57,665 nucleotides of DNA from a virus (taxonomy: Duplodnaviria; Caudoviricetes): IMG/VR virus record IMGVR_UViG_3300050132_000191, positions 1-57,665 of that record; one strand, 5' to 3'. Below, piece by piece: positions 51,387-57,665 of this stretch; within the stretch, counting starts at the first letter, position 1, and each line of letters begins with the position of its first letter. A program made the translations under genes and the position numbers. The notes under the pieces were generated by a model that was given only the letters and a program-made list of their open reading frames with translations, was not told the origin of the DNA and did no database searches.

Positions 51387-53659
51387 ACGCTCTTTGGGGT
51401 TCAATCCCACAAGAATTGCAACTGGTTCAGAAATGGTGCGTTGCGGGGAAAGATAAATCCCCGTACACGCACACCGGGCATCGGGCAAGCGTAACGGACC
51501 CTGAGTGCTGGGGCGATTGGTATAGCGTGACCACAGTGGCGCAGGAGGGCGGGGCGCATATTGGCTTCGTATTGGGGGAGGATGATCCCTATACTTGCAT
51601 CGACTTGGATGTCAAAGAAGACACGCCGCCGGAGCAACTTGCTTTCTTCCACAAAGTGATTGAGCACTTTGACAGTTACACGGAGTATTCCCGTAGCGGT
51701 AAAGGTTTCCACATCTGGATCCGTGGGTCGATTGGCGCAGGGTGCAGGCAGAATGGAATGGAAATTTATTCCCAGGAGCGATTTATCATCTGCACTGGGA
51801 ACACGTTCCGCTCAGGGCCAATCGAGGAGCGCCAGGAGCAGCTTGACGCGGTGATGGCGCAGTTGCGGACAAACAAGGCGCCGGGCGTTGCGTTGGAGGA
51901 AGTGGGCGCGGTGTTGACGGACGAGGCGTTGTGGGAAAAGGCAAGCAATGCTGCGAACGGGGAAAAGTTCTTAAAGCTGTGGGCGGGGAATTGGAAAGAG
52001 CTGGGTTATCCTTCACAATCCGAAGCGGATAGCGCACTGGTTCAGTTCCTTTGTTTTCTTAGCCCGGCGAATGAACAAGTCCGCAGGATGTTTCGTTTCA
52101 GCGAGCTGGGTAAGAGGGAGAAAGCGACGAAGAACGACCGTTATATCAATCTCACCCTCGCCCACGAGCGGTCCTTGTTGGCACGCGATGCAAAGCGGGA
52201 AGCGAAACAGAATGAGGTGGGGCGGGCACTAGCTGAAAAGCTGATGAGCAGGGTTGACGAAACCCCTCATAAAAATAGTGTTCAGCTTCTCGACGTTCCG
52301 ACACGCCCAAAACCTTCGCAAATAGAATGGCCCCCGGGGCTCGTCGGTGTAATCGCACAGTGGATGTATAGCATCGCCCCGCGCCCAGTGCGGGAGGTCG
52401 CGATTGTGTCCGCCCTAGGTGTTGTGGCCGGGCTTTGCGGTCGCGCTTATAACATCAGCGGGAGCGGGTTAAACTTGTATATTGTGCTGGTGGCTCGCAG
52501 TGGAGTGGGCAAGGAGGCAATGCACAGCGGCATCAGCAAGCTCGTTCATTCCCTTGCGGGAGGGGGTACAGCACTATTCACAAAGTTTATAAACTTCAGC
52601 GACTTCGCATCCGGGCCTGCCCTTATTAAATCCTTCGGAAAGGAAGAGATAAACAGTTTCCTGAACGTGGCGGGTGAATGGGGGCGCAAGTTGCGAGGGA
52701 TGGCGGAGGATGGGGGTAGCAGTGCCCACGCATCACTCCGCACCGCCTTGACTAATTTATATCAAAAGTCGTCCGCTGGAACTATTGTTGGTGGCATTGG
52801 GTACAGTGATAAGGAAAAGGATGTTGACGCGACGAATGGGATTGCTTATAGCATGGTAGGCGAAACGACACCGGACACGTTCTATGAGGCACTTACCGAC
52901 ACAATGATGCAGGATGGCTTCATGTCCCGGTTTGTTGTGATTGAGTATGCGGGGGAACGGCCACCCCTCAGCGCTATTCCCCCAATCCCTTTCCCGGAGG
53001 AAGCTAAGGCGACACTGACAGCAATGACTCAAGTCGCGTGGTACTTTTGTCAGGAGAAAGCGGCGGGGGCTGTGGAGGTACAGCAGAACGAAGGAGCTGC
53101 GAAAATACTTTATGACTTTGACAAGCATTGTGACGCTGAAATCAACAGGTCGGACGACGAAGCGTGGCGTCAGATGTGGAACCGGGCGCACTTAAAGGCG
53201 CTGAAGATTGCGGCGTTGCTGTGTATTGGTGACAACCCGGATTTTCCTGTAGTGGCGGAGGTTCACGCCCAATGGGCGCTGGATGTGGTTAATCGGGACA
53301 TCCGCATTATGAGCCACAAAATTATGGACGGGGATGTTGGCAATGGAGACATGAATCGCGAGCGGAAGCTGCTGAGTGTGATGCGCGAATACTTGCGAGC
53401 GCCGATTGCTGTTGGCTATAAGCTCCCGGACGAGATGCGCCAGCAGGGCATAGTGGCTCGCAAGTTCCTACAGAACCGGGTGCAGCGTGTCAACTCCTTC
53501 ACTGGGCATAGGTTAGGCCAATCACAGGCGCTTGATAGTGCGTTGCGGAGTTTGGCGGATAGCGGGCACATTGTGGAAATGAGCAAGGATAAGATTCCCG
53601 CGGAATGGGTGTTCTCCGGCAAGTGCTATCGCATTCTTGCTCTCCCTGATGTGGGTTGA
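51383..53659 (+). CDS. Primase-polymerase fused to helicase-like (DUF3987-like) domain
   Basis: IDLD, YTEYSRSGKGFHI, EIYSQERF, SQSEAD; P-loop-like ARSGVGKE, GFMSRF. Confidence 0.85.
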   Translation: MNALWGSIPQELQLVQKWCVAGKDKSPYTHTGHRASVTDPECWGDWYSVTTVAQEGGAHIGFVLGEDDPYTCIDLDVKEDTPPEQLAFFHKVIEHFDSYTEYSRSGKGFHIWIRGSIGAGCRQNGMEIYSQERFIICTGNTFRSGPIEERQEQLDAVMAQLRTNKAPGVALEEVGAVLTDEALWEKASNAANGEKFLKLWAGNWKELGYPSQSEADSALVQFLCFLSPANEQVRRMFRFSELGKREKATKNDRYINLTLAHERSLLARDAKREAKQNEVGRALAEKLMSRVDETPHKNSVQLLDVPTRPKPSQIEWPPGLVGVIAQWMYSIAPRPVREVAIVSALGVVAGLCGRAYNISGSGLNLYIVLVARSGVGKEAMHSGISKLVHSLAGGGTALFTKFINFSDFASGPALIKSFGKEEINSFLNVAGEWGRKLRGMAEDGGSSAHASLRTALTNLYQKSSAGTIVGGIGYSDKEKDVDATNGIAYSMVGETTPDTFYEALTDTMMQDGFMSRFVVIEYAGERPPLSAIPPIPFPEEAKATLTAMTQVAWYFCQEKAAGAVEVQQNEGAAKILYDFDKHCDAEINRSDDEAWRQMWNRAHLKALKIAALLCIGDNPDFPVVAEVHAQWALDVVNRDIRIMSHKIMDGDVGNGDMNRERKLLSVMREYLRAPIAVGYKLPDEMRQQGIVARKFLQNRVQRVNSFTGHRLGQSQALDSALRSLADSGHIVEMSKDKIPAEWVFSGKCYRILALPDVG

Positions 53660-53667
53660 ATTAAATG

Positions 53668-53696
53668 TTGCGTGTCAACCTGTGTCAACTTAAAAT
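53668..53696 (+). promoter_or_regulatory. Sigma70-type promoter with tandem GTGTCAAC repeat
   Basis: TTGCGT-17-TAAAAT; GTGTCAAC at 53672 and 53682. Confidence 0.6.
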
Positions 53697-53727
53697 TACA
53701 AACGTGCTAACAAATTAGAGGACGGAG

Positions 53728-53832
53728 ATGCGCCATACCAAATCTATCAACCTTTCAATTTCGGAATTGCTCCATGCGATGGAAGACAAGCGGGCGGAGG
53801 ACGAAGCCGTTTCGTTCGCACGACTCCCTTGA
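53728..53832 (+). CDS. Unannotated 34-aa ORF
   Basis: GAGGA/GGAG upstream; MRHTKSINLSISELLHAMEDKRAEDEAVSFARLP. Confidence 0.4.
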   Translation: MRHTKSINLSISELLHAMEDKRAEDEAVSFARLP

Positions 53833-53866
53833 ATTCCTCAATCGTTTAATTCCACGAGAGCAAACA

Positions 53867-54301
53867 ATGACAAACATTCCAGAAAATACAGTCTCGCAGG
53901 AGGACCTGAACAAATGGTACACCACGCAGGCGGAACTCAAAGCACTCAAGATTTCCGAGATGCTGCTGCGGCAAAAGATTTTCAAGTTCTATTTCCCTGT
54001 CCCGGCGGAGGGCACCAATACTGCACCGCTGGCCGAGGGCTGGGTGTTGAAAGGGACGTACCCGATCACCCGGGAAATCGACGATGGGGCGCTAGGGGCG
54101 ATGAAACAGACGTTGGCGGATGCTGGTATCCGTGCAGACGATTTGGTGAAGTACAAGGCGTCCCTCGTTGCAGCGGAATATAAGACGCTGACCGCGGAGC
54201 AGACGCAGCTCTTCGACCAGTGCCTTATTATCAAGCCAGGGTCACCAGCCTTGGGGATTGTGCTACCCGCGAAAGCGAAGAAAGCAGGAAAAACCACATG
54301 A
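53867..54301 (+). CDS. Phage hypothetical protein
   Basis: ATG 53867; EM.LR..IF, EGTN, IKPGSP.L. Confidence 0.75.
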   Translation: MTNIPENTVSQEDLNKWYTTQAELKALKISEMLLRQKIFKFYFPVPAEGTNTAPLAEGWVLKGTYPITREIDDGALGAMKQTLADAGIRADDLVKYKASLVAAEYKTLTAEQTQLFDQCLIIKPGSPALGIVLPAKAKKAGKTT

Positions 54302-54516
54302 AGAAACTCGCAGTCACTATTATTGACCTTGGCACCTTGCAACTTAACCTGGAGAGCGCAACACGGCAACTCAAAGCCGCGCAACGTGCCAAGCTCCGCG
54401 CTGATCAGGAACACGAGCGGGCGCTGGAAGCTCACGAGCGTGCTCGCGTCTGTTTGAATGCGGGCATTGCTACGCTAAAATCCTCCACAGTAGTGAGCAA
54501 TCTGTATGCAAGTTAA
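54298..54516 (+). CDS. Small coiled-coil protein
   Basis: ATGA overlap; SD AGGA. Confidence 0.65.
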   Translation: MKKLAVTIIDLGTLQLNLESATRQLKAAQRAKLRADQEHERALEAHERARVCLNAGIATLKSSTVVSNLYAS

Positions 54517-55282
54517 CACCAAAAAAGTTCTCGACCACGGTTTCGTTACGCTGCGAAATCTAGCTGGGCCGACGCGTCGGATTCTTAAACCTTGTACGGG
54601 CAACGAGTTTGATGTCGTTGTTGATAATACGGGGGACGAGGAGGACATGGTAATGTTTCGGGACTTCGATGCTGACGATACGGACGTTGCCAATTCTGCG
54701 CGCATGAGCTTTGATGGCATGGATGCGGAGCGCAGCTACGAAATCGAAATGAAGCTCATGCGTTACTTGCTTCAGAATAAGCATATGACGCCGTTTGAGT
54801 CCATTGAGGTGTGGTTGGAAATGAAGTTGCCCATTTTTGTCGCCCGGCAATTCGTTCGCCACCGCACAGCAACTCTCAACGAGGTGAGTGGCCGCTATGT
54901 TACGCTTCCGGCCGAATGGTACATCCCGGGAACCGTTGGTGGTAAAGCTGCTGACAAGAAACAAGGGCAGGGTGACAACTTGGATGCGGCTACACAAAGA
55001 GCTTTCAAATCGGTACTTCACGAGCACTGTAAAGACGGATACGATAGCTATACACGTGCAATTGAAAGCGGTGTGGCTCCCGAGCACGCTCGCCTATTCC
55101 TGTCCCTGAACCACTACACGCATTGGATCTGGAAACAGGACCTTCGGAACCTTATGCACTTCCTGGCGCTGCGTGACCACAGCCACGCACAAATCGAGGC
55201 GCAGCTATATGCACGCGCCATTACAGAACTGCTGGAACCACACATCCCGGGTCTGGTTGCACTGTTCAAGGAGCTCCGCTAA
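54506..55282 (+). CDS. thyX: FAD-dependent thymidylate synthase
   Basis: H.TPFE, PIFVARQFVRHR, NEVSGRY (RHRX7S), APE.AR, HAQ.E. Confidence 0.93.
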   Translation: MQVNTKKVLDHGFVTLRNLAGPTRRILKPCTGNEFDVVVDNTGDEEDMVMFRDFDADDTDVANSARMSFDGMDAERSYEIEMKLMRYLLQNKHMTPFESIEVWLEMKLPIFVARQFVRHRTATLNEVSGRYVTLPAEWYIPGTVGGKAADKKQGQGDNLDAATQRAFKSVLHEHCKDGYDSYTRAIESGVAPEHARLFLSLNHYTHWIWKQDLRNLMHFLALRDHSHAQIEAQLYARAITELLEPHIPGLVALFKELR

Positions 55283-56190
55283 TGCTGCCCATGCTCGCCA
55301 CGGATTTTAAGGAATCCAAACTCAAATTCCCTCTGTGGTCGCAGCCAAAAATCGACGGCGTGAGGGGCTTGCATTTAAGCGGTGTACTAACTGGCCGCAG
55401 TTTGAAAACGCATAAGAACAGATACACGACCGGGCTGTATTCCAATGAACTTTTTTCTGGGTTTGATGGGGAACTGGCAGCGGAGCATGAAACTCACCCG
55501 GCGTTATGCAGGTTGACTACTTCGGCGCTCAACACCATTGACGGTGAGCCCTATACGTTGTGGCACCTGTTTGACTGCATAACGGAAGGAACGAAGAAAC
55601 TTCCGTATGAAGCACGCTATATGACAATGCTTCATAGAGTCTCCCTCATCATCAAAATGTCCTTCCTTGGTGCATCAAGAATTCGCATCGTCCCTTACAC
55701 CCTCTGCAACACCCTGGAGGACTTGCTCGCAGCTGATACCAAGTATCTCAAACTAGGTTACGAAGGAACAATCATTCGCAACCCCGCTGGGATTTACAAG
55801 GAAGGGCGCAGCACAGTGGCCGAAGGTGGGCTACTGCGAATCAAACGGTTCACGGAAGAAGAAGCGGTTGTCAAGGGTATTGTAGAAGGACAACAAAATA
55901 CGAACGCAAGTGTGGTCAATGAAACTGGTCACACTTCCCGCAGCACGCACGCCGAGAACATGATTCCGAACGGGATGGTCGGCTCGCTGCTATGCCAGGA
56001 CGTCAAGACCGGGCAGGGGATCACTGTTGCGGCTGGGTGTATGCCTCACGCTGACAGAATGATGTATTTCCAGCACCCTGAAATGATTACGGGACAGACA
56101 ATCAAATACAAAACTTTCAAGCATGGGAAAAAAGATCTGCCACGTTTCCCCACATTTCAATCCATTCGTGCAGCGAGTGATATTGGCTAA
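55282..56190 (+). CDS. ATP-dependent DNA ligase
   Basis: PMLA, QPKIDGVR (KxDG), FDGE, FD, YEG.I.R, LLRIK, PRFP. Confidence 0.92.
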   Translation: MLPMLATDFKESKLKFPLWSQPKIDGVRGLHLSGVLTGRSLKTHKNRYTTGLYSNELFSGFDGELAAEHETHPALCRLTTSALNTIDGEPYTLWHLFDCITEGTKKLPYEARYMTMLHRVSLIIKMSFLGASRIRIVPYTLCNTLEDLLAADTKYLKLGYEGTIIRNPAGIYKEGRSTVAEGGLLRIKRFTEEEAVVKGIVEGQQNTNASVVNETGHTSRSTHAENMIPNGMVGSLLCQDVKTGQGITVAAGCMPHADRMMYFQHPEMITGQTIKYKTFKHGKKDLPRFPTFQSIRAASDIG

Positions 56191-56249
56191 TCTTTCACAC
56201 TTTTTCTATTAAAATAATGCACCCCTCTAAAATGCGGGGGAGGAATCAA

Positions 56250-57089
56250 ATGTCAATTTTACAAAATGTCACAACTGGTGTTTCAAGCACTGGCATCCGC
56301 ATGATAATCGCGGGAGTCGAGAAGATGGGGAAAACAACTTTTTCATCCGGTGCGCCTGCCGCATTGCTTGTCCCGCTGGAGGTCGGATACGCTGGTGTCA
56401 ACGTGGCAAAGACGCCCATGCTCCAGACATATGAGGAGGTTCTAGCTTTCCTTTTTGAAGTAACACAACTCGCACAGCGCGGTCAGTTCCCGTACAAAAC
56501 AATCATATTCGACAGTGCGACAGCACTGGAACGTCATATCCATGACTATGTGCTCCGCTTGGACCCTACATACAAGGCAGGGGAGAGCAAGACGGCGACG
56601 ATGGAGAGTGCTCACGGAGGGTACGGTAAAGGATACACACTGGCAAATTCCATTCTGGACGGCCTGCTGAAACAGTTTGACATGCTGGCGGTGAATGCTG
56701 GTATCAACATAGTGCTCACCTGCCACGTGTTCAGCTCTAAAATCACCGATCCAACTGTAGGTGAATATGACTCTTGGGACCTGCTACTGCATAGCCCCAA
56801 GAATCAGAAGACCTACGGCAAGCGGGAGCTCCTAACGCAATGGGCTGACGTGATTGGTTTCCTTTATGACCCGGTGTTCTTAGTTACTGCGGTTAAGAGC
56901 AACATGACACGCGCTATGTCACAGAACAAAGGGCGCATCCTGGGTCTATCCCGGACCCCTGCATACACTGCGGGCAATCGCTTCGGGATTATTGGAGAAA
57001 TTTCTGTGCCAGCGCCACCAGCCAACGGTTGGAACGCTTTCGCGGAATGCTTGTATAAGACTTGCGGGGTCGATGTTTACACTCGCTGA
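56250..57089 (+). CDS. AAA-24/Sak4-like ATPase
   Basis: GVEKMGKTT, IIFDS, GGYGKGY, WADVIGF; SD GGAGGA before ATG 56250. Confidence 0.8.
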   Translation: MSILQNVTTGVSSTGIRMIIAGVEKMGKTTFSSGAPAALLVPLEVGYAGVNVAKTPMLQTYEEVLAFLFEVTQLAQRGQFPYKTIIFDSATALERHIHDYVLRLDPTYKAGESKTATMESAHGGYGKGYTLANSILDGLLKQFDMLAVNAGINIVLTCHVFSSKITDPTVGEYDSWDLLLHSPKNQKTYGKRELLTQWADVIGFLYDPVFLVTAVKSNMTRAMSQNKGRILGLSRTPAYTAGNRFGIIGEISVPAPPANGWNAFAECLYKTCGVDVYTR

Positions 57090-57169
57090 GTCGTTAGTTC
57101 CTAAACACCCTCGTTGATTGACAGTCCAGGCGAAGGTTTTATTTTCAACAACTGTCGTGGAGAATTATT

Positions 57170-57665
57170 TTGGCACAACTCAGTTTTGATGCAACTGGCG
57201 TCAAGCCCGCGGAAGGTGCGCTCGGCGCCATCCCTGCTGGATGGTATAATGTGGTGATCGCAGCTTCTGAAATGAAAGCTGCGAAAGCCGAAGGCAACTA
57301 TTATCTGGAATTGCAACTCCAGGTGATCGATGGCCAGTACGCGAATCGCAAGGTTTACACTCGCCTGAACATCTGCAACGCCAATCCGGTGGCCCAGGAA
57401 ATCGCTTACAGAGAACTGTCCGCCATTTGCCATGCGGTAGGCTTGCTTCAAGTGGGCGACAGCCAGCAGCTCCACGGGCTCCCGTTCAAGGTAAAGGTTT
57501 CGGTTCAGGCCGCGACTGGCGAATATGAAGCTGGAAACAACGTGCGAGCATACAAAAACATCAACGAGAAAGTTGACATGGTTGCTGCACCCGCTGCTCC
57601 GGCAGCTTGGGCCCCGCCTGTTGCGGCTGCACCTGCCGCCCCTGCCGGTTGGACGCCTCCGCCAG
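57170..57665 (+). CDS. DUF669-like ssDNA-binding protein (5' part; continues at nt 1)
   Basis: GGAG then TTG; MAQLSFDA...IPAGWY.V.I..SE.K...G.YL.L...V.DG.Y..RKV..RLN; open to the window end. Confidence 0.8.
   Translation, partial: MAQLSFDATGVKPAEGALGAIPAGWYNVVIAASEMKAAKAEGNYYLELQLQVIDGQYANRKVYTRLNICNANPVAQEIAYRELSAICHAVGLLQVGDSQQLHGLPFKVKVSVQAATGEYEAGNNVRAYKNINEKVDMVAAPAAPAAWAPPVAAAPAAPAGWTPPP

Noticed and set aside
57111-57160. GACAGT...ACTGTC pairing upstream of the SSB-like RBS as a regulatory RNA
   Set aside because: Only a 6-bp stem with a long loop; insufficient support
1-57665. tRNA genes, stop-codon reassignment, diversity-generating retroelement
   Set aside because: No cloverleaf seen in the few gaps; genes end normally at TAA, TAG and TGA with full-length products; no reverse transcriptase, and the fibre duplication is not adenine-specific

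Overview
The window is an apparently complete, circularly permuted ~57.7 kb tailed dsDNA phage genome with a contractile tail. It is probably lytic, as no integrase or repressor cassette is recognisable. The last base joins the first base in frame through an SSB-like gene. The + strand arm (50014 to the end, then 1 to 14147) carries replication and recombination genes: primase-helicase, ThyX, ATP ligase, AAA/Sak4-like ATPase, DUF669-like SSB, Cas4-like nuclease, SF2 helicase, clamp-like protein and PolB. It also carries a full 7-deazaguanine DNA-modification cluster (queE, gat-queC, queD, intein-containing folE, dpdA-like). The - strand arm (49266 to 14211) carries small early genes, terminase, head, neck, tail, baseplate, fibre and lysis genes. 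The most striking unexplained pattern is in the head module. Four non-core genes interleaved between conserved neck genes begin with a His-x-hydrophobic leader (THIYIHAG, THIHVHLG, TLHIQLG, TVHIWLD) that also occurs in the scaffold (THVHIHAG). Each leader is followed by a [T/A/V/S]-[K/R]-D motif. That motif recurs at the N-termini of the capsid and decoration proteins, in the scaffold, between the four modules of an apparent polyprotein, and exactly at the junction of a portal-Nudix fusion. This suggests a capsid-targeting plus prohead-protease processing system that loads small cargo proteins into the virion. Family names are from motif recognition and synteny only; no database searches were run.
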